DNA of 64,000 bases. Source: an uncultured Chloroflexia bacterium (lineage in GTDB: Bacteria > Chloroflexota > Dehalococcoidia > DSTF01 > JALHUB01). The DNA is taken from assembly GCA_963703345.1 (NCBI GenBank), contig OY969814.1, positions 1,408,001-1,472,000 of the forward strand, written 5' to 3'. Below are positions 1 through 8,393 of this stretch, piece after piece. The stretch's first letter is position 1. Every line of letters begins with the position of its first letter. The notes under the pieces are model-generated. The model made no database searches. It was not told the DNA's origin and worked only from the letters and a program-made list of their open reading frames with translations. The position numbers were made by a program, and so were the translations under genes.

Positions 1-813
1 GCCGGAGTACTGCCCGCTGCGGGCGTGCGCGCTGCTCTGCTGCAGCTCGCCGCCGTACTTGTTCCAGCCCAGCGGGCCGTCGCCGTCCGCGTCCTCGAAA
101 CCGCCGTTGACGAGAGCGCTGCCCGGGCCGGTCGTCGGCGTCGCGCTGGGGACGGTGCTTGGCGTGGTGGTGGGTACCCTTGTCTGCGTCACCGTCGGCG
201 CGACCGTCGCAATTGCCGTTGCCGAAGGCTGGAGGGGGACGGCGGGCGTGTCAGTGGGCGCTGGCGTGTCGTCCGGCGGCGGCCCTTCGAGCGTGACGTC
301 GTCGAAGTAGACCGTTCCGCTGCCGTAGAAATTGACGCTGATCCTGGGTCGCGCGAAGGCGGCGTTTTCGGGTGCGGTGCGGGTCGCCGACAGAGGCTGC
401 CAGTCGGCCGCGTTGTCCCTCAGGGGCGCGCTGCCAGCGGGGCAGGGCGAGAGCGGGTTCCCTGCCTGGTCACTCCAGCAGAGCTGTAGCTCGACCGAAT
501 ACACCTGTGGATCGTTCTTCAAGACGGACGCGGAGAGCGTGTAGTCGGCGGAAGGCCGGATGGCGACGGCCGTGCGCCGCTGAACCCTCACGGAGCCCGG
601 GTTGTCCGGGGTGAGGACGGCGGAGCAATCGCTTTCGTAGCCACGATCGCCGCAGACGGTGTCGAGGGTGCCGCCGCTTGCCACCCAATCGCCGACGCCG
701 TTCTCGAACCCGTCGTCGATCAGCAGATCGGTCGACCCACGCGCCGCTAACCCGCTCGACAGCAGGAACAGGACAGCCAGCGCCACTGCCAGCGCTGCCG
801 CGCCGCTTCGCAC
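1..813 (-). CDS. Secreted protein with tandem CBM4/9-like (galactose-binding fold) domains and a Pro/Thr linker; runs off the window edge
   Basis: Manually translated (not in the ORF track because no stop lies in the window). GTG at 813 follows AAGGAG. Signal peptide MRSGAAALAVALAVLFLLSSGLAA, then LLIDDGFE..W...YFDDVTL, a PT-rich linker, and a second LVNGGFE..GW module. Confidence 0.7.
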   Translation of the reverse strand, partial: MRSGAAALAVALAVLFLLSSGLAARGSTDLLIDDGFENGVGDWVASGGTLDTVCGDRGYESDCSAVLTPDNPGSVRVQRRTAVAIRPSADYTLSASVLKNDPQVYSVELQLCWSDQAGNPLSPCPAGSAPLRDNAADWQPLSATRTAPENAAFARPRISVNFYGSGTVYFDDVTLEGPPPDDTPAPTDTPAVPLQPSATAIATVAPTVTQTRVPTTTPSTVPSATPTTGPGSALVNGGFEDADGDGPLGWNKYGGELQQSSAHARSGQYSG

Positions 814-941
814 GCCGTACGCTCCTTGTCTCGGCGAGCAAGGGGTCCGAATCCGCGGATAGTAACTCCGAGGCGGCTTCCTTGCGCCTTTTTCGTAGCC
901 TGTAAGCTACGGGGTGGAAGTTAGGGACGTATCGTAACCTA

Positions 942-1934
942 TTACAGCAAACGCTTCAAGCGGGGATTAGGGGTGATGCCGGGAAGGCGTCCTCGCTTGG
1001 CCACCGGCCGGCCGTCGATCTCATGGATGTCCGCCGTGAAGTCGATCGGAGGCACGCTGGTAATGTAGCTGCCGATGCCGAAGCCATCGACACGCGCGCC
1101 CTCCTGCCGCATCCCGACGATCCGCTCCGGCGTCACGCCGCCGCTCACGAATATCTGCACCCCGGGGAAGCCGGCAAGATCGAGACGCGCTCGCACCTCC
1201 TTCACTAGGTCGGGCGTCACGCCGCCGCGCTCTGCCGGCGTGTCCAGTCGCACGCCTTGCAGTCGCTCCTTCATCGCCTCTGCGACCCGAAGCGATTCCT
1301 CCGCCTCGTCGTGGAACGTGTTGACGAGGACGATGCGTTGCACTTCCGGCGGCATCTGCTCGTCGAAGGCGAGTGCCGCCGCCACGGTGTCGCCGAAGCA
1401 GATGATGAGCGCGTGCGGCATCGTGCCGGAGGGCGCCACGCCGGCCAGTCGTGCCCCCTCGACCGACGAGCACGACAGGCAGCCGCCGACTACCGCCGCG
1501 TAGTCCATCACCGCCGCGACGTTCGGGTGGACGTGCCGCGCGCCGAAGCTTATGACCGGGACGCCCGCGGCGGCATCGACGCACTCGCGGGCGGCCGTCG
1601 CCCAGGCGCTCTCCTGCGCCAGCATGCCCGCCAGCGCCGTCTCGTAGATGCCGTAGGACTGGTAGGGCGCCGTGACGCGCAAGACCGTCTCTTTCCGCGA
1701 CATCGCCTCGCCTTCCGCGAGGCCCCAGACCTCGCTTTCGGGCGGGAGGACCTTCCGGAGCAGCGACACGGCCTCGCGCACGCCGCAGAGCAGGCCGTCG
1801 CGCGCTGGGAAGAATTCCATCGCCGCGCGCGGATTGACGCCCGTCCGCTCCAGCACTTCACGAGTGCGGAGAAAGTAGACGTCCGCCGTGTCGCCGCTAA
1901 GGACGGAGGGCAGGATCGGGAAATCGTTGCTCAA
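942..1934 (-). CDS. pncB: Nicotinate phosphoribosyltransferase
   Basis: DVYF, FGARHVHP, SGTMPHALI, GVRLDTP, IFVSGG and AKRGR motifs; adjacent to a nicotinamidase. Confidence 0.85.
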   Translation of the reverse strand: MSNDFPILPSVLSGDTADVYFLRTREVLERTGVNPRAAMEFFPARDGLLCGVREAVSLLRKVLPPESEVWGLAEGEAMSRKETVLRVTAPYQSYGIYETALAGMLAQESAWATAARECVDAAAGVPVISFGARHVHPNVAAVMDYAAVVGGCLSCSSVEGARLAGVAPSGTMPHALIICFGDTVAAALAFDEQMPPEVQRIVLVNTFHDEAEESLRVAEAMKERLQGVRLDTPAERGGVTPDLVKEVRARLDLAGFPGVQIFVSGGVTPERIVGMRQEGARVDGFGIGSYITSVPPIDFTADIHEIDGRPVAKRGRLPGITPNPRLKRLL

Positions 1935-1967
1935 AATGGCTTCCTTGCGTTATTGGCGCCCTGGCCG

Positions 1968-2492
1968 CTAGGCCTGTCGCACCAGCCTTGCGCCCAGCAC
2001 CTTCTCCATGTGCTGCAGCGCGCACCGATGCGCCTCTTCGTTGAACGTCGCCACGCAGTTCGCCGGCACCTCGACGTGGTAGTCGCGATTGCGGGCGTCG
2101 GCGACGGTGTGCATCACGCAGATGTCGGTGCAGATGCCGCAGACAACGATCTTCTCGGGCGCCAGCTCCCGAAGGCGCGCCTCCAGGTTCGTCCCGAAGA
2201 AGCCGCTGTAGCGCCGCTTGGGGATTATCTCCGTCGCCAGGTCCGCCAGCTCCGGCGTGATCTCCGTCTCCTCGGTGCCGCGGACGCAGTGCGGCGGGAA
2301 CGTCGCGAACTCCTTGTCGTCCGGATCGTGCGTGTCGGCGAGGAATATGGCGTGGGAGCCGCGCCGAAGCTCCTCTTCGACCAGCCGGCGGACGTTCGGG
2401 ACTATGGCGCGGGCGCTGGGCCCGCAGCCGAGGGCGCGACCCTCCTCAAGAAAGCCGCGCAGCATGTCGACTACGATGACGACGTTGGGCAT
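1968..2492 (-). CDS. pncA: Nicotinamidase / cysteine hydrolase (isochorismatase family)
   Basis: VVDM..GF, D.H, PPHC..GT, K.RYSGF and G.CTDICV motifs; next to pncB. Confidence 0.8.
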   Translation of the reverse strand: MPNVVIVVDMLRGFLEEGRALGCGPSARAIVPNVRRLVEEELRRGSHAIFLADTHDPDDKEFATFPPHCVRGTEETEITPELADLATEIIPKRRYSGFFGTNLEARLRELAPEKIVVCGICTDICVMHTVADARNRDYHVEVPANCVATFNEEAHRCALQHMEKVLGARLVRQA

Positions 2493-2557
2493 CGCAGGTC
2501 CTTCGCGAAACAGAGCTTATCCTGATTGTAGGACAATCGTTGGGAGTTGCGAACGGA

Positions 2558-2953
2558 TCAGCCCTCGCGGCTACGGCGAACACGGACGCGGCGGACCGAG
2601 AAGGCTTCGCTCTCGATTACGGCGTCGGGTTCGAAGCCGTTCTCGCCGGGCTTCCGGACAACCGCCTTCGACTCCGGCTTGAGCGCCGGCAGCAGCGACC
2701 GCGGCCGGAAGGCCATCCTTATCACCCGCCTGATGACGATCTCCGCCAGCGTGCCGACGATGATGGCCGTGGCGCCGCGGGCAAGCGCCGGCACCGGCGG
2801 GCGCCAGGCGACGGGCTGATAGCTCTCGCGTGCCACGGGCAGGCTGCCGACGGGCGCGCCGCACTTGCGGCAGAACCGGTCGCCGGGGTCATACGGCCGG
2901 CTGCAGCGATGGCAGACGAGGAGTTCGCCGTTACGACGAGCGGGAGGATTCAT
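2558..2953 (-). CDS. Zinc-ribbon domain protein with a hydrophobic segment
   Basis: CHRC...FCRKCG zinc ribbon. Start placed at ATG 2953, 10 nt after TGC-TATAAT; ATG 2965 is the alternative. Confidence 0.6.
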   Translation of the reverse strand: MNPPARRNGELLVCHRCSRPYDPGDRFCRKCGAPVGSLPVARESYQPVAWRPPVPALARGATAIIVGTLAEIVIRRVIRMAFRPRSLLPALKPESKAVVRKPGENGFEPDAVIESEAFSVRRVRVRRSREG

Positions 2954-3024
2954 AGTGTCAGCCATTATAGCAACGGTAGCCTGGCTTGCCAATCGCTGCG
3001 GTCCATTTTCTTCGTCGCGACAGG

Positions 3025-3684
3025 TCAGCTCCCGAGCGGAAGGCGGCGACGCAGCTTCGCCCACGTGCTGATGACGTGCACCAGCGGCGAGCTGCATTTC
3101 CCGTCGATCTTTCCCTGCCGCAGTGATTCCAGGAACTCCTGCGGCGTCTCGAAGTCGTCCATCTCTACGCAGGCGCGACCTACCTCGAGCAGCGAGTGGG
3201 CGTCGCTGCCGGCGCTACACGCCAGGTCGTGCTCGGCGGCGAAGGCCGCCGAGCGGGCGTTGTCGGAGCCCACCGTGACGCGGGCGTTGAACGTCTCGAT
3301 GATGTCAATTTGCGGCACTAGGCGCTCCAGGGCCGCCTGACGCAGCGGCTCGCGGCGCAGGCGGTCGAAGGGATGCGGCACGCCGACCAGGCCGTTCTGC
3401 TCCTTGATCCGTCGCACCGTCTCCTCGGGCGAAAGGCCGGGCGGAATGCGTTCCTTCAGGAAGAAGCCGATGACCTCCCCTTCGGTCGTCTTTATCTCCT
3501 CGGCGGCGATAACGCGGAACGGCGCCATGGTCTGCATGGTCAGCGCGCCTTCCAGCACGTTGTGGTCAGTGACCGCGATGCAGTTGATACCAAGCTTCAG
3601 GCAGCGCGTAACCAACCCTTCCGGCGTAATCAGGCTGTCCGGCGAGAAGTTGGTGTGCAGGTGGAGGTCAGCCTTCAGCATCAT
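3025..3684 (-). CDS. PHP-domain metal-dependent phosphoesterase
   Basis: DLHLHT, TDHN, EEI, HPFD, E.FN and GSDAH motifs. Confidence 0.85.
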   Translation of the reverse strand: MMLKADLHLHTNFSPDSLITPEGLVTRCLKLGINCIAVTDHNVLEGALTMQTMAPFRVIAAEEIKTTEGEVIGFFLKERIPPGLSPEETVRRIKEQNGLVGVPHPFDRLRREPLRQAALERLVPQIDIIETFNARVTVGSDNARSAAFAAEHDLACSAGSDAHSLLEVGRACVEMDDFETPQEFLESLRQGKIDGKCSSPLVHVISTWAKLRRRLPLGS

Positions 3685-3925
3685 CCCAGGGTATCTCCTC
3701 GGCTGCTTCCGGCTCAGGCGGCGCGGCCAGCGTCTCCCGCAACTGGCGGATCCTCACCTCCGCCGCGTCGAGCATCTCCTGGCAGCGGCGGGCGAGCAGC
3801 ATGCCGTCCTCATAGAGCGCCAGCGAGCGCTCCAGGGGCAGGCCGCCCTCTTCCAGCTTCGCCACCGTCTCCTCGAGGCGGCGGAACAGCTCCTCGAACG
3901 TCTCCTTGCTCTTCTTTGCTGCCAT
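3668..3925 (-). CDS. xseB: Exodeoxyribonuclease VII small subunit
   Basis: TFEE...LEE.V.KLE.G.L.LE.SL.LYE.G pattern; follows xseA. Confidence 0.92.
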   Translation of the reverse strand: MAAKKSKETFEELFRRLEETVAKLEEGGLPLERSLALYEDGMLLARRCQEMLDAAEVRIRQLRETLAAPPEPEAAEEIPWDDAEG

Positions 3926-3932
3926 TTCTTCC

Positions 3933-5198
3933 TCAGGCGCCGTCCGGCTCGAACAGCGACGGTTGCATCTCCTGCGACGGCCGCGACTTCCGTCGCGAAA
4001 CGCTCTTCTTCGCTTCGACGCGCGCCGGAAACGCGCCGTCGCTTACGCGCACGTCCAGCGCGTAGCCCGCCTTCACCTGCCGCACGCTCCGCACGACACT
4101 TCCCTCCCGCTCGACGAGCGCATAGCCTCGCGCCAGCGTCGCCCGTGGATGCAGCGAGCGCAGCTGCAGCAGAAAGCCGCCCACCTGCTCGCGGCTCCGG
4201 CCCAGCGCGGCGTCGACCAGCGCGCCCGCCACCCGCAGCGCATCGTCGACCTTCTGACGCTCGCGGTCAACAGGCGGCGCGCAGTGCTCCATGCGGCCCA
4301 GGGCGCCGCGAAGGCAGCCGGTGCCGTCGTCGAGGCGAAAGCGCATCGCCGTTGTAAGCGAGGCGCGGTGGGCGTTGAGGCCGGCGAGCATGGCGTGCCT
4401 CTCCGGCGCGACGAGCTCCGCGGCGGTGGAAGGCGTGGGCGCGCGAACGTCGGCGACGTAGTCCGCAATAGTGTAGTCGGTCTCGTGCCCGACGGCCGAG
4501 ACGACGGGTGCGTGGCTGGCGTAGATGGCCCGCGCGACCGCCTCTTCGTTGAACGCCCACAGCTCTTCCAGCGACCCGCCGCCGCGCGCGACGATGATTA
4601 CGTCCATGTCCGGCTCGTCGTTCAGCGCGGCGATACCGGCCACAATGCCGCGCACGGCCTCGATGCCCTGCACGGCGCTCGGCGCAAGGACGATCTCCGC
4701 CAGCGGCCAGCGACGGGCCAGGATAGCGCAGATGTCATGGAAGACGGCGCCGGTGGGCGAGGTGACGACACCGATTCGCTCCGGGAACGGCTTGAGCGAC
4801 CTCTTCCGCGTCGGCTCGAACAGCCCCTCTTGCTCCAGCCGCGCCTTCAGCCGCTCGAACTCCATCGCCAGCACGCCGACGCCTTCCGGCTGGACGAAGT
4901 CGACATAAAACTGCAAGTCGCCACGCACCTCGTACAGCGAGACGCGTCCGTGCGCGACCACCTGTGCGCCGCTTTCGACGAGCGAGGCGAGGTCGCGCTG
5001 AAGCGTCGCGCCGCGGAAGAAGACGCAGCGGAGCTGGGAATCAGCGTCCTTGAGCGTGAAGTAGAGGTGGCCGGCGGTAGAGCGCGAGAGGTTGGAGACT
5101 TCGCCGCTCACCCAGACGTCCGCGAGGTGCGGGTCCGTCTCCAGGAGCTCGCGAAGGTAGGTCGTTATGCTGCTGACCGAGTAGACCTGCACGCTCAT
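3933..5198 (-). CDS. xseA: Exodeoxyribonuclease VII large subunit
   Basis: GHLYFTLKD, IGVVTSPTGA, ARGGGSLEELWAFN, VGHETD and TPSTAAE motifs. Confidence 0.95.
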   Translation of the reverse strand: MSVQVYSVSSITTYLRELLETDPHLADVWVSGEVSNLSRSTAGHLYFTLKDADSQLRCVFFRGATLQRDLASLVESGAQVVAHGRVSLYEVRGDLQFYVDFVQPEGVGVLAMEFERLKARLEQEGLFEPTRKRSLKPFPERIGVVTSPTGAVFHDICAILARRWPLAEIVLAPSAVQGIEAVRGIVAGIAALNDEPDMDVIIVARGGGSLEELWAFNEEAVARAIYASHAPVVSAVGHETDYTIADYVADVRAPTPSTAAELVAPERHAMLAGLNAHRASLTTAMRFRLDDGTGCLRGALGRMEHCAPPVDRERQKVDDALRVAGALVDAALGRSREQVGGFLLQLRSLHPRATLARGYALVEREGSVVRSVRQVKAGYALDVRVSDGAFPARVEAKKSVSRRKSRPSQEMQPSLFEPDGA

Positions 5199-5256
5199 TC
5201 CAGAGGCTCTCGCAAATCCATGAGGAAGATGAAACTTGTCCTACGGGCCGGAATCT

Positions 5257-5826
5257 CTACTGGCTCGCTGAAGCGCGCTCCAGGTACTGCCCCGTCCGCG
5301 TATCGACCTTGACGGTGTCGCCGGTGTTGAGGAAGAGAGGCACCTGCACCAGCAGGCCGGTCTCCAGACGAGCCGGCTTCGTGCCGCCCTGAGCGGTGTC
5401 GCCGCGCACCCAGGGGTCGGTCTGCTCGATCTTCAGCTCGACGGCGGCGGGCAGCTCGATGCCTACCGCCTCGTCGCCGTAGGTGAGAAGGTCGCAGGTG
5501 CCGTTCTCGCGTAAGTAGTTGAGCGCGTCGCCCAGGCGCTCGGCATTGATTGCGAGCTGGTCGTAAGTGGCCGTGTTCATGAAGTGGTGGATGTTGCCGT
5601 CGGCGTAGAGGTATTGCGCCGGCTGCCGGTCAACGCGGGCGCGAGCAAAGCGCTCGCCGGCCTGGAACGTGCGCTCGATGATGTGGCCGCCGCGGACGTC
5701 GCGCAGCTTCAGTCGCACCTGCGCCGAGCCGCGACCCATCTTGATGTGCTGGTAGTCGAGCACCTGGTACAGCACGCCGTCCAGTTCAATCGTCACGCCC
5801 TTCTTCAGATCACCGGTCTCAATCAT
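5257..5826 (-). CDS. efp: Elongation factor P
   Basis: HIKMGRGSA loop, GDTA..G.KPA.LETG and VDTRTG.Y motifs. Confidence 0.95.
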   Translation of the reverse strand: MIETGDLKKGVTIELDGVLYQVLDYQHIKMGRGSAQVRLKLRDVRGGHIIERTFQAGERFARARVDRQPAQYLYADGNIHHFMNTATYDQLAINAERLGDALNYLRENGTCDLLTYGDEAVGIELPAAVELKIEQTDPWVRGDTAQGGTKPARLETGLLVQVPLFLNTGDTVKVDTRTGQYLERASASQ

Positions 5827-5829
5827 CAG

Positions 5830-6933
5830 TCACGCCTTTGTTTGCTCGAGCTTGGGCACCCGCGACATCACCCGCAGGCGGCCGTTCTCCATCACCGCCA
5901 GGTCCTCGATGCGGACGCCGCCCCATCCAGATACGTAGATCCCCGGCTCGACGCTCGTCACCATGCCGTCGGCCAGCACGTCCTCCGATGTGCGGCCCAG
6001 GCGCGGCTTCTCGTGCACTTCCAGCCCGACGCCGTGTCCCAGGCCGTGCCCGAAGCTTTCGCCGTAGCCGGCCTCGGCGATAAAGCGTTCCGCCAGGAGG
6101 TGCGCCTGCTCGCCGGTCATGCCCGCCGCGATGAGCTCGATGGCCGTGAGCTGCGCCCCCAACACAATATCATAGATCCGCTGAAATTGGCCGTCCGGCT
6201 TGCCGAGGACGATAGTGCGCGTCAGGTCGGAGCAGTAACCGTCGAGGCGCACGCCCATGTCGATGACGATGGGCTCGCTTTCGCGCAGCGGCTCGTCGCG
6301 GGGATAAGCGTGCGGCAGCGCGCTCCACGCTCCACCGGCGACAATCGTCTCGAAGGACGCCGCTTCGCCGCCGTGCTCGCGCATGTACTTCTCGATCTCC
6401 CACGCCGCCTGCTTCTCCGTCCAGCCCGGCTCCAGACGCTCCAGCAGGTTTGTGAACGCCGCGTCACCTAGGTCGATCGCCGCCTGGATGGCATCGATCT
6501 CCGCCGGCTCCTTCACCGCGCGCAGGCTCTCGACGACGTCGGTCGTTGGGACAAGGCGCGGCCGCCCGTCCTGGGGCAGTGCGCGAACAACCGCCGACAT
6601 CTGCTCGAACGTCGCGTAGGGCACGTGCGACGCCTCGAAGCCTATCTTCCCGCCGCCGAGGCCGCTCAGCAGGCCAGGGAGCCACGTCTCGAACGCGGCT
6701 CCGGCGACGGGCTGGAGGCGGAAGTCGGGCGCCTGCGTCGACGCCTGCTCGAAATAGCGGAAGTCGGTGGCGATGCGCGTCTCGTCCCGGCTGACCAGCA
6801 GGTATCCCGCCGAGCCGGTGAAGCCGGAGAGATAGCGCCGGTTCGCCGGCTGCGAGACGATGAGAGCATCGAGCTGCCGCTCTTCCAGAAGCGCCCGCAG
6901 TCGCGCGACCCTGCTGTGGCTCCGACCAGCCAT
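5830..6933 (-). CDS. Xaa-Pro aminopeptidase (M24 family)
   Basis: ALPH, D.G...GYCSD.TRT, FGHGLGHGVGLEVHE, VEPGIY and GVRIED motifs; conserved aroQ-peptidase-efp order. Confidence 0.9.
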   Translation of the reverse strand: MAGRSHSRVARLRALLEERQLDALIVSQPANRRYLSGFTGSAGYLLVSRDETRIATDFRYFEQASTQAPDFRLQPVAGAAFETWLPGLLSGLGGGKIGFEASHVPYATFEQMSAVVRALPQDGRPRLVPTTDVVESLRAVKEPAEIDAIQAAIDLGDAAFTNLLERLEPGWTEKQAAWEIEKYMREHGGEAASFETIVAGGAWSALPHAYPRDEPLRESEPIVIDMGVRLDGYCSDLTRTIVLGKPDGQFQRIYDIVLGAQLTAIELIAAGMTGEQAHLLAERFIAEAGYGESFGHGLGHGVGLEVHEKPRLGRTSEDVLADGMVTSVEPGIYVSGWGGVRIEDLAVMENGRLRVMSRVPKLEQTKA

Positions 6934-6939
6934 GGCAGC

Positions 6940-7386
6940 CTACTCGGCCGGACGGTCGAAGGAGGTTGCAACGAGCGCTTCCAGCGCCGCGACGTAGCCG
7001 CGCCAACCCAGTCCGGCCACCAGCCCGCGACAGACAGCCGCGGTGACGGAGCGTCGCCGGAAGTGCTCCCGTCCGTAGATGTTCGAGATGTGCACCTCAA
7101 CGGCCGGCAGCGCGCTTGCCGCCAGAGCGTCGCGCAAAGCGAAGCTGTAGTGGGTGAGCGCGCCGGGATTGATGATGATGCCGCCGGCGTTCGGCGCCTC
7201 CGACTGGATGAAGTCGATGATTGCGCCTTCGCTGTTGGACTGGAACGAACGCACCTCGACGCCAAGCTCCTTCGCCCTGTCGCTCACCCGCGATTGGATC
7301 TCGGCGAGCGTTATCTTGCCGTAGACGTCCGGTTCGCGCGTTCCCAGCATGTTCAGGTTCGGGCCGTCAATCAGCAGAATCCGCAT
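6940..7386 (-). CDS. aroQ: Type II 3-dehydroquinate dehydratase
   Basis: GPNLNMLG.REP..YG, QSNSEG, INPGA.TH and EVHISN motifs. Confidence 0.93.
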   Translation of the reverse strand: MRILLIDGPNLNMLGTREPDVYGKITLAEIQSRVSDRAKELGVEVRSFQSNSEGAIIDFIQSEAPNAGGIIINPGALTHYSFALRDALAASALPAVEVHISNIYGREHFRRRSVTAAVCRGLVAGLGWRGYVAALEALVATSFDRPAE

Positions 7387-8389
7387 CGGTTCCCTCCTCT
7401 TGCTCATCGCTTTCCCGGGAGCTCGCGCGCTCGTTGGCTATGCGGCGATAGCTCTCGGCCATGGCGTCCCAGGCCCCATCATAGACCTGGCGCTGGCGGG
7501 CCTCCGTCACGTGGAGGTAGATCTGAGTCGTGTTTGCGCTGGCGTGCCCCATCAGCTCCTGGACGACGCGCAGGTCCGCGCCGCCGTCGAGCATGTGGGT
7601 GGCGAAAGTGTGACGCAACAGGTGCGGATGCGTCCGCCGGTCGAGGCCCGCAGCCAGCGCCGCCTTTCGGACAATCATCTGGACCGCCCGCGCCGACAGC
7701 CGTTCGCCGTCGCGATTCAGGAAGAGCGCCTCTTGCGCGCCCTTCGCCAGCGCGGGCCGCCCCCGGTGCAGGTACTGCTTGAGAGCGCGCGCCGCCGGCC
7801 GGCCGACGAGGACGACCCGCTGCTTGTTGCCCTTGCCGCGCACTCGCAAGAGGCCGCCCTCCGGCGAAAGCTCCAGGTCGCCGGCGTTCAGGTTGAACAC
7901 CTCGCCGACGCGCACGCCGGCCGCGTACAGCAGCTCGAGCAGCGCCCGGTTGCGCAGACCCTGCGGGCTGTCCGGCTCCGGCGCCAGGACAAGCGCCGAC
8001 ACCTCCTCTTCGCTCAGGAACGAAGGCAGCCGTCGCGTCTGCTTCGGGCCGCGCATCCCTTCGCAGGGGTTGGCGGCGATCTTCTCATCCTGCTGGAGAA
8101 AGCGGTAGAACGAGCGCAGCGTGCTCAGCTTGCGCGCGATGCTGCCGCTGGCTACGCCGCCGTCCATGAGACTTGCGAGATAGGCGCGCACGGCATGGCG
8201 GTCCGCAGCGAGGACGTCGATATGCTTCTGGTCGAGGAAAGCGAAGTAGGCGCGCAGGTCGGTCGCGTAGTTCCGCAGCGTGTACGCGGAGCGATTGCGT
8301 TCGGCGGCGAGCATCGCCAGGTAGGCCGTCAGCAGCCATTCGGAGATATGTCCTGCCTCGACTTCCCTGTCGGTGGCTGCCTTGCTCAT
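7367..8389 (-). CDS. xerC: XerC/D-family tyrosine recombinase (housekeeping context)
   Basis: AGVRVGE, RGKG, HLLRHTFATHML and LMGH...TQIY motifs; lies downstream of topA/dprA. Confidence 0.8.
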   Translation of the reverse strand: MSKAATDREVEAGHISEWLLTAYLAMLAAERNRSAYTLRNYATDLRAYFAFLDQKHIDVLAADRHAVRAYLASLMDGGVASGSIARKLSTLRSFYRFLQQDEKIAANPCEGMRGPKQTRRLPSFLSEEEVSALVLAPEPDSPQGLRNRALLELLYAAGVRVGEVFNLNAGDLELSPEGGLLRVRGKGNKQRVVLVGRPAARALKQYLHRGRPALAKGAQEALFLNRDGERLSARAVQMIVRKAALAAGLDRRTHPHLLRHTFATHMLDGGADLRVVQELMGHASANTTQIYLHVTEARQRQVYDGAWDAMAESYRRIANERASSRESDEQEEGTDADSAD

Positions 8390-8393
8390 CGCG

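Noticed and set aside
7367-8389. Tyrosine recombinase as a possible mobile-element integrase
   Set aside because: It sits in the conserved dprA-topA-xerC order with host-like codon use and no att repeats.
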